Below are positions 54,091-62,942 of a stretch of DNA of 64,000 nt, in pieces. Position 1 is the first letter of the stretch. Each line of letters opens with the position of its first letter. Made by a program: the position numbers and the translations under genes. This DNA comes from an uncultured bacterium. GTDB lineage: Bacteria > Patescibacteriota > Minisyncoccia > Phycocordibacterales > UBA6065. Under the pieces are notes generated by a model. The model did no database searches, was not told the origin of the DNA, and was given only the letters and a program-made list of their open reading frames with translations. The DNA lies in contig CBIMES010000002.1 in NCBI GenBank assembly GCA_966243015.1, positions 117,458-181,457 on the forward strand, read 5' to 3'.

Positions 54091-54804
54091 ATGAACCTTC
54101 ATAGTCAAATCAAAAACCTGCAGGAACTCTTCGGCCAGCGAAACGCGATGTATATAAAAGGGCAGCGCCTTTTCTTTCTCTTGGACGCAGTCAGGATATT
54201 TGCCAAGCATGTCAGGAGGGAGTCGGCGAAGCCCCATCTCGAAAGCTCGCTTGCGAGCGTGTTCAGGTGGACCTGCGCCGTTGCCGACGAGTTCAAGGAT
54301 TTGCCCCTCGTCGAGGCGATGTGCGAGAAGTTTCCCGCTGGTCGCTGTGCCTATTGCGGCGACCCTGTCTGCACATGCCATACCGCAAAGCGGAAAGACA
54401 TTATCTTGGCGGTTCCCGACCCTCGTCAGCTTGATTGGTCGGCAAACGACTGGATGGCCAACCTGATGTCGGTCTACGGCGAGGGCAACAGAAAGAGGGG
54501 CATGCAGTTCGTCATAGGCCGCCTCTATGAGGAGGTCGGGGAGACGAGCGGCGCCCAGCTTTTGGAGATACACCGTCCCAACATGAGCCTTGCCGACATG
54601 CGCAAGGCTGTGTCGCACGAGCTGGCCGACATCTTCTCGTGGGTATTGGTTATCTCCGGCTTGCTGGAGATCGATATGGATAGGGTGCTTGCCGAGAAGT
54701 ATGAGGGCAAGCACTATCGTTGTGGCTCTCGTCCCTGCAATTGCGGGCCGCACTACGCTCACTACGACACTCCGCATCCCTATATCGCGAAACGAATCAG
54801 GTGA
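54091..54804 (+). CDS. MazG-like all-alpha NTP pyrophosphohydrolase-fold protein with two Cys-rich motifs
   Basis: …RLYEEVGETSGAQLLEI…HELADIFSWVLVISGLLEIDMDRVLAEKYEGK resembles the MazG/HisE core (E-x2-E…E-x2-D). Cys motifs are CAYCGDPVCTCH and CGSRPCNCGPH. A fully overlapping antisense ORF (54085..54777) was judged spurious. Confidence 0.45.
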   Translation: MNLHSQIKNLQELFGQRNAMYIKGQRLFFLLDAVRIFAKHVRRESAKPHLESSLASVFRWTCAVADEFKDLPLVEAMCEKFPAGRCAYCGDPVCTCHTAKRKDIILAVPDPRQLDWSANDWMANLMSVYGEGNRKRGMQFVIGRLYEEVGETSGAQLLEIHRPNMSLADMRKAVSHELADIFSWVLVISGLLEIDMDRVLAEKYEGKHYRCGSRPCNCGPHYAHYDTPHPYIAKRIR

Positions 54805-54812
54805 GGTGTATG

Positions 54813-54850
54813 TATCAAGGCCCGCCGCTTTACCGCGACGGGTCTTTTTT
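54813..54850 (+). terminator. Rho-independent terminator
   Basis: GGCCCGCCGC-ttta-CCGCGACGGGTC-TTTTTT. Confidence 0.6.
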
Positions 54851-55663
54851 ATGCTAATCTCTCATTTACGTATGACCATCTCGTTCATCATCTCCGAGTT
54901 CCTTGCCTTCCTCCGCAAGCAGGCCTCGAGCTCGCTCTTCGGCGGTTTGATGCTGTTCTTCCTCGTCGTGTCTCGATACGTGGAGATCCCTGGTCTCTAT
55001 CGATACGATTTTCTTTTTCTCGCCGCGCTTGCAACGCAGGCGGCTCTCATCATTGCCAGGCTCGAGACCAAGAGGGAGGTGTTCGCCATCGTCGTTTTTC
55101 ACCTGCTCGCCATGGGCATGGAGATATTCAAGACCGCCCCGTCGGTCGGGTCATGGACCTATCCCGAGCCGGCGTTCTTCGCTGTGGCGACCGTGCCGCT
55201 GTTCACCGGTTTCCTGTATTCGTCCGTTGGCTCCTATATGGCAAGGTCATGGAGGATAAACAGGTTTCAGTTTGTTAACTTCCCGAACCCGGTCGTTCTC
55301 GCCTCTGTCGGCGCGCTCATCTACGCGAACTTCTTCACCAATCATTACGTTCCTGACGTGAGGTGGGCCATTCTCGTTCTCCTCGTCATCATCTTCTGGA
55401 AGACGAAGCTCCGTGTGGAGCTTACCAACAGGGTTTGGGTTTTCCACCCTCTTGCCTCTAACGCCCTTCTGGCCTTCTTTGTCTGGATCGCCGAGCAGAT
55501 CGGCACCTTTGCCCGGGCGTGGGTGTATCCAAGCCAGGCGGAACAATGGGTCCCTGTCTCGTTCCACATGTTCACGTCGTGGTACATGCTGCTCGTATTC
55601 TCCTTCATCATCATTGCTCTCATTAACGGTCTGAGGTATGAGGCACCCGCGCTCGAGAAATAG
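54851..55663 (+). CDS. DUF817-family (YoaT-like) polytopic membrane protein
   Basis: 270 aa with 7-8 TM helices and the typical …EIFKTAPSVGSWTYPE… …WVYP… segments. Start chosen at MLISHLRM, after the terminator. The track ORF is extended upstream into the previous gene. Confidence 0.6.
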   Translation: MLISHLRMTISFIISEFLAFLRKQASSSLFGGLMLFFLVVSRYVEIPGLYRYDFLFLAALATQAALIIARLETKREVFAIVVFHLLAMGMEIFKTAPSVGSWTYPEPAFFAVATVPLFTGFLYSSVGSYMARSWRINRFQFVNFPNPVVLASVGALIYANFFTNHYVPDVRWAILVLLVIIFWKTKLRVELTNRVWVFHPLASNALLAFFVWIAEQIGTFARAWVYPSQAEQWVPVSFHMFTSWYMLLVFSFIIIALINGLRYEAPALEK

Positions 55664-55698
55664 CTGTCCGACACGCCCGTTCTGATATACTCCTTTTT

Positions 55699-56220
55699 AT
55701 GAGTCTTCTCATACTCTCAACCAAGACCCCTGTCGGAGACCTTCACCTTGTCATCGAGAGGGAAGGGCGTCGGGGCAAGACGCGCGACATCGTTAGGGCG
55801 TCGGGCTTTGGCGAGCTCGGTGATCTGCTCGCGCGATTCTCGACAGACGTAAGCCTCGCTGACATGCAGGACGCGCCGATGTCCCATCCGTATGCCAAGG
55901 CGATTGCGGCGTACTTCAGGGGCGACGCGAGGGCGCTCGAGGCGGTCGAGTGTAAACAGAAGGGAAGCGAGTTCCAGCAGAAGATCTGGAAGGCGATGTC
56001 CAAGGTGAAGTTCGGCGAGACGGTCTCGTATCAGGAGCTCGCCGAGAGGGCGGGCGAGCCGGCGGCCATCCGCGCCGCAGGCTCTGCCTGCGCGAAAAAC
56101 CTCCTCGCACCGTTTATCCCATGTCACAGGATACTCAAATCCGACGGCTCGGTCGGCAGCTACTATTACGGCTCTGAGATAAAGGAGGCGTTGCTCGCCC
56201 TGGAGGGTTCTCTCAAATAA
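55699..56220 (+). CDS. ogt: Methylated-DNA--protein-cysteine methyltransferase (Ogt/Ada C-terminal domain)
   Basis: Active-site PCHRIL and helix-turn-helix …TVSYQELAERAGEPAAIRAAGSACAKN…. Confidence 0.85.
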   Translation: MSLLILSTKTPVGDLHLVIEREGRRGKTRDIVRASGFGELGDLLARFSTDVSLADMQDAPMSHPYAKAIAAYFRGDARALEAVECKQKGSEFQQKIWKAMSKVKFGETVSYQELAERAGEPAAIRAAGSACAKNLLAPFIPCHRILKSDGSVGSYYYGSEIKEALLALEGSLK

Positions 56221-56247
56221 GGGCCTTGTTGAGGGCTGGTGTGACTA

Positions 56248-56276
56248 TTGACTTTTATTGAATAGTGGTGTATTAT
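56248..56276 (+). promoter_or_regulatory. Near-consensus sigma70 promoter (TTGACT-17-TATTAT) for the small gene at 56335
   Basis: TTGACT at 56248-56253, a 17-nt spacer, and TATTAT at 56271-56276. An AAGGAG RBS lies 7 nt before the ATG at 56335. Confidence 0.6.
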
Positions 56277-56334
56277 TAGATAGTAATACCGTTCAGTCAA
56301 CCAGTACCATCAAACCAAGAAGGAGACCCTTAAG

Positions 56335-56688
56335 ATGACAGCTAATACACCCGACGTTCTCACCCTCGATGGCCTTGTTGAAGCCATGACCGAAGCCCTC
56401 GGAGGAGTGGTTACGCAGGAGAAAAATTCCGTCGAAGACAAGCGGATTGTGTTTGGGAGTGACAGTGATCGGCAGTCTATTGATTCCGTCGAGGCGGCCG
56501 TTCTCGCTTATTGCGAGATGTTCGGATGCGAAGTTCTGGTTATTCAGAAGAAATCGTCCGGTCCGCAGCGCGTAGACCTTCTCGATTGCCAGATCCAGGA
56601 TACCGATGGCCGTCAGCTCAGTCTGGTTATCACGGGATACCTGGAAAGAATCGACGTTCGCCTCCGCGTCTTGATCGCCGCCCGTTAA
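56335..56688 (+). CDS. Hypothetical small acidic protein (117 aa), standalone transcription unit
   Basis: Consensus promoter, AAGGAG RBS, and a strong terminator at 56712-56748. No family is recognisable. Confidence 0.55.
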   Translation: MTANTPDVLTLDGLVEAMTEALGGVVTQEKNSVEDKRIVFGSDSDRQSIDSVEAAVLAYCEMFGCEVLVIQKKSSGPQRVDLLDCQIQDTDGRQLSLVITGYLERIDVRLRVLIAAR

Positions 56689-56711
56689 CAGGCGATCGAT
56701 CTGCGTTAGAT

Positions 56712-56748
56712 TAAACCGCCCTCAGTATTGAGGGCGGTTTTTGTTTTC
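56712..56748 (+). terminator. Rho-independent terminator
   Basis: AAACCGCCCTC-agtat-TGAGGGCGGTTT-TTGTTTTC. Confidence 0.8.
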
Positions 56749-56803
56749 CCGCTCTCACGCCGCGGGAGTTTGTGGGCGAGTGGGGGACTGATATAATGAC
56801 GGC

Positions 56804-57781
56804 ATGAAGCATGTGACTCTCTCTCATATCTTTGCCGCCGCACTTCTCTCGGCGTCCTTCGTCGCGCCCTCCGTTTCTTTTGCGGCCGCATCTTGCACAA
56901 AGTTAACCGCTGATATCGGTACGGGCTCGAGCGACTCGTACGGCTCCCAGAACGTCATCGCGCTTCAGCGATTCCTTGTCTCGGCGGGATACATGGCTGC
57001 GACGCCTAATGGTTATTTTGGCCCGGCGACTACGATGGGCGTGAAGATGTTCCAGGCGGCGCGGGGCATCTCTGCTACGGGCTTCGTTGGACCCCTTACC
57101 CGCGCCGCCATCGAGACGGCGAGCTGCTCTGGTTCGACGGCAAGCCCTTCGGCGCGATCAGATTCTTCGTCGCAGGCGCCCGTTCTCAAGAATCCCTCGT
57201 CGACCCTCTTTAGCGCGCCGAAGGCGGGCGAGGCTCTCGCGATTGGCTCAACTTACAAAATCTCCTGGAATGCTCCGTCGAGCGGGGCGTATAGTCTCGT
57301 TCTCGATAACGCGACCAGTACGGCGAGGGGAGTGATAGAGTACTACTCTCCCGATTCCGGCAAGAAGACTTGGGACGTCGGCGCGGTTACGGTTGGCTCT
57401 GAGAAGGAGTTTATCGAGCCGGGTATGTACCGTCTCCGTCTCCAGGACAGGACCCAGGGACCCACCGCGTCTGACCAGGTGAGCAACTGGTTCGAGATTA
57501 CCGCGCCCGCGGCATCTATCAAGACCATGCTTCCCTCGGTTGCCGTCGCGGATGGCAAGACCGCGGTCGTCATGTACGGGTCGGGCTTTACGCAGGGGAC
57601 CTCTCTCTATGTGTATGATTCGTACAAGAAATGGATGAACGTGCTCTTCACCTCGGCCGATGCCACGGTCATGGTATTCTCGGTGCCGACCGAGATCAGC
57701 GCGGGGACGTATGACCTCATCATCACCGACAAGTACGGCGCGATCTCGACGGGACCTCGGGTCACTATAAGGAAGCCATAA
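56804..57781 (+). CDS. Secreted protein with an N-terminal peptidoglycan-binding (PG_binding_1-like) domain and C-terminal Ig-like domains
   Basis: Signal peptide MKHVTLSHIFAAALLSASFVAPSVSFAAAS. …VIALQRFLVSAGYMAATPNGYFGPATTMGVKMFQAARGISATGFVGPLTRAAI matches the PG-binding repeat pattern. A Ser-rich linker precedes beta-rich C-terminal domains. Confidence 0.6.
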   Translation: MKHVTLSHIFAAALLSASFVAPSVSFAAASCTKLTADIGTGSSDSYGSQNVIALQRFLVSAGYMAATPNGYFGPATTMGVKMFQAARGISATGFVGPLTRAAIETASCSGSTASPSARSDSSSQAPVLKNPSSTLFSAPKAGEALAIGSTYKISWNAPSSGAYSLVLDNATSTARGVIEYYSPDSGKKTWDVGAVTVGSEKEFIEPGMYRLRLQDRTQGPTASDQVSNWFEITAPAASIKTMLPSVAVADGKTAVVMYGSGFTQGTSLYVYDSYKKWMNVLFTSADATVMVFSVPTEISAGTYDLIITDKYGAISTGPRVTIRKP

Positions 57782-57788
57782 CTAACAG

Positions 57789-58874
57789 ATGCCAAGCCTC
57801 AGCGACATAAAGGCCTTCGCGCTCAAGTACGAGCGATACGTATCGCCGGTAACCCTGGTGACGGGATTTATCTTTGACAGCATGATGCTGAAGAGGATTG
57901 ACGTCCTCTTCAGCAACGCGCTCCTCATCGGCTACCTTCTCATTGCCTCTCTCTCGATCCTGCTCCTTAACGTGTCAGTGAGCAGGAGGGCGGACGAGGA
58001 GAAGGAGTCTACCTTCCACGTCATCCTGGTCTTCATGATGCAGTTCTCCTTCGGAGGACTGTTCAGCGCGTCGTTCCTCTTCTATTCGAAGAGCGGATCG
58101 ATCGTGGCGAGCTGGCCGTTCCTTGTTCTTATTTTCGGATACATGCTCGGAAACGAGTTCTTCAGGAAGAACTACACCAGACTCGGCTTCCAGGTGTCTG
58201 CTCTCTTCTCGGCCCTGTTCTCGTTCCTTATCTTCTTTTTCCCTGTCATCCTCGGCAGAATGGACGACGCCATATTTCTTCTGAGCGGTATCGCGTCCCT
58301 CATCATCACGGGGTTTTTCGTGTACGTGCTGTCGTGGTTCACGCCTCAGAGGGTCAAGAAGGGAGCCTTCATGCTTATCGCGAGCGTCTTCGGTATCTTC
58401 GCCCTCATCAACTCGCTCTATTTCACCAATCTTATCCCGCCCATCCCTTTGTCGCTCAAGGATCTGGGCGTGTACCGTTCGCTTACCAAGTTCCCGGACG
58501 GATCGTATCTTCTGAGCGGGGAAAAGCAATCCTGGGTTGATTCGCTTTTTGGCAGGGCTGACCTGCACCTGGTGATGGGGGAGCCTCTCTACGCCTTCAA
58601 CGCCATATTTGCGCCGACGAGTCTTTCGGCAAACATCGTGCACGTGTGGCAGTACTACGACGAGGACAACGGCTGGACGACCTCGAGCCGCGTGAACCTT
58701 TCGATCGTCGGCGGTCGCGACAACGGCTTTAGGACCTACTCAACCAAGACTAATCTCTTCCCGGGAAAGTGGAGGGTGAGCGTCGAGACGCTCAGGGGCC
58801 AGCTTATAGGTCGCCTTACCTTTAACCTCGAGCTTTCCGATGGTACCGAGGAGGTTGTGGCAGACGTCAAATAG
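57789..58874 (+). CDS. Hypothetical polytopic membrane protein with a C-terminal extracytoplasmic beta domain
   Basis: About 6 TM helices in the first 230 aa, then a roughly 130-aa soluble domain. 361 aa. Confidence 0.5.
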   Translation: MPSLSDIKAFALKYERYVSPVTLVTGFIFDSMMLKRIDVLFSNALLIGYLLIASLSILLLNVSVSRRADEEKESTFHVILVFMMQFSFGGLFSASFLFYSKSGSIVASWPFLVLIFGYMLGNEFFRKNYTRLGFQVSALFSALFSFLIFFFPVILGRMDDAIFLLSGIASLIITGFFVYVLSWFTPQRVKKGAFMLIASVFGIFALINSLYFTNLIPPIPLSLKDLGVYRSLTKFPDGSYLLSGEKQSWVDSLFGRADLHLVMGEPLYAFNAIFAPTSLSANIVHVWQYYDEDNGWTTSSRVNLSIVGGRDNGFRTYSTKTNLFPGKWRVSVETLRGQLIGRLTFNLELSDGTEEVVADVK

Positions 58875-58963
58875 TCGCTATTGGCAAGTGCGGAGGCGTG
58901 CTATACTTTCGGGACAGTGTCGCTTATCAGTTAACCGCGGCACCTAGTTAATTCTTAGTTTCT

Positions 58964-59593
58964 ATGAATAAAAAAGGGATTCTTGCCGCTCTCGTCATCA
59001 TCGTTCTCGCCGTCGTGGCCGTTAAGGCCTTCAAGGGAGGCGATGTGACAGCTCCTTCGACTTCGACCAGCACCCCATCAACCACTACCGAGGTTCCTGC
59101 GGGCGTTACCAAGGACGATTTCGCTCCTGTTACCAAGGACTCGACTGATAGCACCCTCCTCGGTCGCCTCAAGAGGACTTCTGTCGGCGTAAGCGAGGAT
59201 GGAACTCGCATCGCGCTTTCGAACGGAAAGGCGACTTTCACCGTTCCGGGCACCAAGACTACCGGCACCGCCGCTCTCGGTGACATCGCGGTCGAGAAGG
59301 CTGAGGGTTCCCGAAAGGACGTTCTCGCTTCTCTTGCGGTTAATAACGGCGGATCGGCTACCTACAGCTACGTAGTTCTCTTCGAGGACAACGGCTCAAC
59401 CCTCGCTGACAAGTCATACGCTGTTGTGGGCGAGAATGTCACCGTTACCGGCGTCCGAGCCGACGACGTGTCTGACGCAAGCATCGACTACATCGTCTCT
59501 GTGTCGTACAAGGATAAGGCGGGCGCAGCGCGCACCAAGATCCTCGTCGTTCAGGGAGGAGCGTTCAACCCTGCCAAGGAGATCAATCTCTAG
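58964..59593 (+). CDS. Hypothetical N-terminally anchored or secreted Thr/Ser-rich protein
   Basis: Signal/anchor MNKKGILAALVIIVLAVVAVKAF, then an S/T-rich linker. The terminator at 59633-59660 is AAAAAGCCGCC-ttcg-GGCGGTTTTT. Confidence 0.5.
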   Translation: MNKKGILAALVIIVLAVVAVKAFKGGDVTAPSTSTSTPSTTTEVPAGVTKDDFAPVTKDSTDSTLLGRLKRTSVGVSEDGTRIALSNGKATFTVPGTKTTGTAALGDIAVEKAEGSRKDVLASLAVNNGGSATYSYVVLFEDNGSTLADKSYAVVGENVTVTGVRADDVSDASIDYIVSVSYKDKAGAARTKILVVQGGAFNPAKEINL

Positions 59594-59727
59594 TCACAGG
59601 CCTCGCCGCGGCATTCACTTGCCGGTCTTCGGAAAAAGCCGCCTTCGGGCGGTTTTTCCTACCAGGCTCTCCTGACCCGCCTGACTTATTGTTGAGAGGT
59701 TTCCCTTGCGGTGCTATAGTCTCCTCC

Positions 59728-60600
59728 ATGATTATTCTCGATGGCAGGAAGGTCCGCGACGCTCATGCCGCTCGACTCGTCGAGCGGGTTCGCGCGTTGT
59801 CGTGTCAGCCCACGCTTGCCCTCTTCCAGGTGGGGGATAACAGGGAGTCGAACGTGTACATCGCCCAGAAGAAGAAGTTTGCGGAGTCGATTGGCGCGCG
59901 AGTCATTCACCGGCGCTTCGCCGAGGACGCGTCCTTTTCAGTTCTCGCGGATGCCGTGCGCATGGATAATGCCGACGACTCAATTCACGGAATCATCGTT
60001 CAGCTTCCTCTGCCTCCGCATGTGAACAAGGATGACCTCATCGACGTCATTGATCCGCTCAAGGATGTTGACGGCCTGACCACCGAGAACCAGAGGCTGT
60101 TGGCGGAGGGCAATCCCGGCCTCGTCCCGGCGACGGCCCGGGCCGTCATGTTCATCCTCGACTTCTACGGTATCGACATGAGGGGAAGGAAGGTTGCCGT
60201 GCTCGGTCGCTCGAGGCTTGTCGGCTCGCCGGTCGCGCGTCTTCTTTCTCTGCGCGGCGCAGAGGTCTCGGTCTGCCATTCAAAGACCCTGAATACCAGG
60301 GAAATTACGAGTTCCGCGGACATTGTCGTAGTCGCCATCGGTAAGCCGGAATTTATTGGCGCCGACTATTTCAAGGCAGGTGCCACGGTCGTCGATGTGG
60401 GCATCAACAGCGTCGCGGGGCAGGCTTTCGAGAACGAGGTCCCGAAACGAAGGCTCGTTGGTGATGTCGATCATAGGGCCGTAGAAGGCCTTGTTTCAGC
60501 CATCACCCCTGTGCCTGGGGGTGTGGGGCCTGTGACGGTCCTTTCGTTGTTTGATACACTGGTGGGGTCGGCAGAGAAATCGTGCCGTATGGATTCCTAG
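59728..60600 (+). CDS. folD: Bifunctional 5,10-methylene-tetrahydrofolate dehydrogenase/cyclohydrolase FolD
   Basis: MIILDGRKV…, …HGIIVQLPLP…, and the NAD(P)-binding …VAVLGRSRLVGSPVARLL… are FolD motifs. The track ORF starts 13 codons upstream. Confidence 0.9.
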   Translation: MIILDGRKVRDAHAARLVERVRALSCQPTLALFQVGDNRESNVYIAQKKKFAESIGARVIHRRFAEDASFSVLADAVRMDNADDSIHGIIVQLPLPPHVNKDDLIDVIDPLKDVDGLTTENQRLLAEGNPGLVPATARAVMFILDFYGIDMRGRKVAVLGRSRLVGSPVARLLSLRGAEVSVCHSKTLNTREITSSADIVVVAIGKPEFIGADYFKAGATVVDVGINSVAGQAFENEVPKRRLVGDVDHRAVEGLVSAITPVPGGVGPVTVLSLFDTLVGSAEKSCRMDS

Positions 60601-60630
60601 TCTCTGTCATTACCCATAATTAAACACATC

Positions 60631-61407
60631 ATGGAAAACACTCAGGTAAGGAAGGTTGCCCTGACGCTCGGCGCGGTCCTCATCGCCCTCGTTGCGGTTA
60701 AGATCGTGAGCGAGCTCAAGGCTATGCCGTACATCGGCAAGAGTGAGAACATCGCGAACGTTATCACCGTCTCGGGCAAGGGTGAGGTTCTCGCGACCCC
60801 TGACATCGCGACCTTCTCGTTCAGCGTGACCGAGGAGGCGGCGACTGTTGGCGAGGCTCAGTCGAAGGCGACCGAGAAGGCGAACGGTATTATCGCTTAT
60901 GTTAAGGATGCTGGCGTCGAGGACAAGGACATCAAGACTTCCTCGTACAACATCTACCCTCGATACGAGTATCGAAACGCGACCATCTACACCTCGGGAA
61001 CCCGATATCTCGCGGCATACGTAGTGTCTCAGTCGGTTGAGGTCAAGGTTCGCAACATCGAGAAGGCGGGTGAGATTCTCTCGGGCATCGGCGAGTTTGG
61101 CGCTGACAACGTGTCTGGCCTCTCGTTCTCGATCGACGAGCAGGACGCCCTCGCGCGAGACGCCCGCGAGCAGGCAATCAAGGACGCCCGCGAGCAGGCC
61201 AAGACTCTCGCGAAGGCCCTCGGCGTCAGCCTCGGCCGCATCACGAGCTTCTACGAGTCAGCCCCTTATCAGCCATACCCAATGTACTACGCAAAGGACA
61301 TGGTTATGAACGCATCAGGATCGGCTCGACCAGAGGCCGCCCCAGAGCTTCCTGCCGGCGAGAACAAGATCATCTCGAACGTCACTATCACGTACGAAAT
61401 AAAATAG
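60631..61407 (+). CDS. SIMPL-domain (DUF541) periplasmic/outer-surface protein
   Basis: N-terminal anchor. …ITVSGKGEV..PDIA.FSF.V…A..A…N… and C-terminal …G..E..…KI.SNVTITYEI match SIMPL / 26-kDa periplasmic immunogenic protein family proteins. Confidence 0.75.
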   Translation: MENTQVRKVALTLGAVLIALVAVKIVSELKAMPYIGKSENIANVITVSGKGEVLATPDIATFSFSVTEEAATVGEAQSKATEKANGIIAYVKDAGVEDKDIKTSSYNIYPRYEYRNATIYTSGTRYLAAYVVSQSVEVKVRNIEKAGEILSGIGEFGADNVSGLSFSIDEQDALARDAREQAIKDAREQAKTLAKALGVSLGRITSFYESAPYQPYPMYYAKDMVMNASGSARPEAAPELPAGENKIISNVTITYEIK

Positions 61408-61413
61408 TCGCTC

Positions 61414-61501
61414 GTGAGTTCCCGAAGGGCACGGATATTTTCCTGGTGGAAAATTCCTCGAGCTCGCGCCAGTCGCGCTCGCTAGTCCCTTCAGAAATCA
61501 C
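61414..61501. repeat. Copy 2 of the dispersed hairpin-embedded 57-nt element
   Basis: The loop cacggatattttcctggtggaaaattcctcgagctcgcgccagtcgcgctcgctagt is about 89% identical to 33712-33768. It is flanked by an imperfect inverted repeat GTGAGTTCCCGAAGGG…CCCTTCAGAAATCAC. Base changes in the stem keep the pairing (GAAAAAG/CTTTTTC versus GAAGGG/CCCTTC). Confidence 0.7.
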
Positions 61502-61530
61502 TCGCTCCTCATTGGAAGACAAAGACAGCC

Positions 61531-61556
61531 TTAACAGGCTGTTTTTGCTTGTCTGG
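61531..61556 (+). terminator. Rho-independent terminator
   Basis: ACAGCCT-taac-AGGCTGT-TTTTGCTTG. Confidence 0.65.
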
Positions 61557-61610
61557 AGAAGGGGATGACATCCCTTTACTTTTTCGTTAGATTTGGTAAT
61601 ATATAAGAAC

Positions 61611-61637
61611 AAACAGCCCGTCGGGGCGGTTTTTATT
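61611..61637 (+). promoter_or_regulatory. Terminator-like hairpin plus U-run in the 5' leader of secE-nusG-rplK, a possible attenuator
   Basis: AAACAGCCC-gtcg-GGGCGGTTT-TTATT lies between a TGGTAATAT extended -10-like element (about 61598-61610) and the secE ATG at 61654. Confidence 0.4.
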
Positions 61638-61653
61638 AACCAGAAACAACACC

Positions 61654-61836
61654 ATGAAACTCGTCGAATACATCAAGGACACGAAGGGGGAGATGAAGCA
61701 CGTTACGTGGCCTACCAAGAAGCAGGCTCTCAATTACACGCTCCTCGTGATCGGCCTTTCGGGAGTTGTCGCCCTCGTTCTCGCGCTCGCCGACAAGCTC
61801 TTCGCCCTCGGCCTCGAGAGGATAATCATCAACTAA
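61654..61836 (+). CDS. secE: Preprotein translocase subunit SecE
   Basis: 60 aa with a single C-terminal TM (…LLVIGLSGVVALVLALADKLFALGLE…). It sits directly upstream of nusG. Confidence 0.85.
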   Translation: MKLVEYIKDTKGEMKHVTWPTKKQALNYTLLVIGLSGVVALVLALADKLFALGLERIIIN

Positions 61837-61840
61837 CCAC

Positions 61841-62386
61841 ATGTCCAAGCAGCAAACTGGCGGTGAACGCCACTGGTATGCGATCCATACCTACGCGGGA
61901 TACGAGAACGCGGTTGCCCGAAACCTCAGGCAGCGCATCGACTCCCTCGGCATGCAGGAGAAAATCTTCAACGTTCTCGTCCCGACCGAGACCAAGATCA
62001 AGGTTAAGGGAGGCAAGAGGGTAGAGGAGGAGGAGAAGGTATACCCGGGATACATCCTCGTCGACATGATCGTGGACGACGCGTCGTGGTTTATGGTCCG
62101 AAACACCCCTCGCGTGACGGGATTCGTCGGATCGGGAGTGCACCCGGTGCCTCTCACCCAGAAGGAGATTGACCAGCTCGTCGGACGCATGGACTCACTC
62201 AAGGTCAAGCACGACATCAATCTCGCCCAGGACGACATCGTCCGCATCTCGGACGGTCCATTCAAGGACATGGAGGGTCGTGTCAGCGAAGTCGACGACG
62301 AGAAGGGCAAGGTCAAGGTTCTCGTGGCTATGTTCGGCCGAGAGACCCCTGTCGAGCTCGATTTCTTGCAGGTTAAGAAGATTTAA
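61841..62386 (+). CDS. nusG: Transcription termination/antitermination factor NusG
   Basis: NGN domain (…WYAIHTYAGYENAV…) and KOW motif (…DIVRISDGPFKDMEGRVSEVD…). Confidence 0.9.
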   Translation: MSKQQTGGERHWYAIHTYAGYENAVARNLRQRIDSLGMQEKIFNVLVPTETKIKVKGGKRVEEEEKVYPGYILVDMIVDDASWFMVRNTPRVTGFVGSGVHPVPLTQKEIDQLVGRMDSLKVKHDINLAQDDIVRISDGPFKDMEGRVSEVDDEKGKVKVLVAMFGRETPVELDFLQVKKI

Positions 62387-62416
62387 GGTAGTCTACTCCT
62401 CACTCAACAAACATTT

Positions 62417-62839
62417 ATGGCAAAGAAAATTACAAAGCAGCTTAAGCTTCAGATCCCGGGCGGCAAGGCCGTTCCAGGACAGGCTCTCGGACCAGCGCTC
62501 GGTTCGGCCGGTATCAACATCGGTGAGTTCGTGAAGCGCTTCAACGACGAGACCAAGACCCGCGTAGGCGAGATCGTCCCTACCATCATTGAGGTCTACG
62601 ACGACCGAAGCTACAAGCTCATCTACAAGACTGAGCCCGCATCGAAGATGATCCTCAAGGTTCTCGGAAAGGAGAGCGGATCAGGCAAGCCAAACTCAGT
62701 GAAGGTTGGCACCATCACCAAGGCTCAGGTCAAGGCGATCGCCGAGAAAAAGCTCGCTGACCTCAACACCGACGACGTGAACGCGGCCATGAAGATGGTC
62801 GAGGGCACCGCTCGAAACATGGGTGTCGACGTTAAGTAA
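62417..62839 (+). CDS. rplK: 50S ribosomal protein L11
   Basis: MAKKITKQLKLQIPGGKA…PGQALGPALGSAGINIGEFVKRFN… is the L11 signature. 140 aa. Confidence 0.95.
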   Translation: MAKKITKQLKLQIPGGKAVPGQALGPALGSAGINIGEFVKRFNDETKTRVGEIVPTIIEVYDDRSYKLIYKTEPASKMILKVLGKESGSGKPNSVKVGTITKAQVKAIAEKKLADLNTDDVNAAMKMVEGTARNMGVDVK

Positions 62840-62851
62840 AACATCTCTCAA

Positions 62852-62884
62852 GAAAAGCCTCCCGAAAGGGAGGCTTTTCTTTTG
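62852..62884 (+). terminator. Rho-independent terminator after rplK
   Basis: AAAAGCCTCCC-gaaa-GGGAGGCTTTT-CTTTTG. Confidence 0.8.
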
Positions 62885-62942
62885 TGGGGAAGAGGAGTCT
62901 TTACTTTGCGCGTTCGTGGGTATACTCTGGGACGCAAACACC

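Noticed and set aside
54085-54777. A 230-aa minus-strand ORF fully overlaps the MazG-like gene.
   Set aside because: It has no recognisable motifs. The plus-strand ORF has MazG-type metal-binding helices and Cys motifs, and is followed by a terminator in the right orientation.
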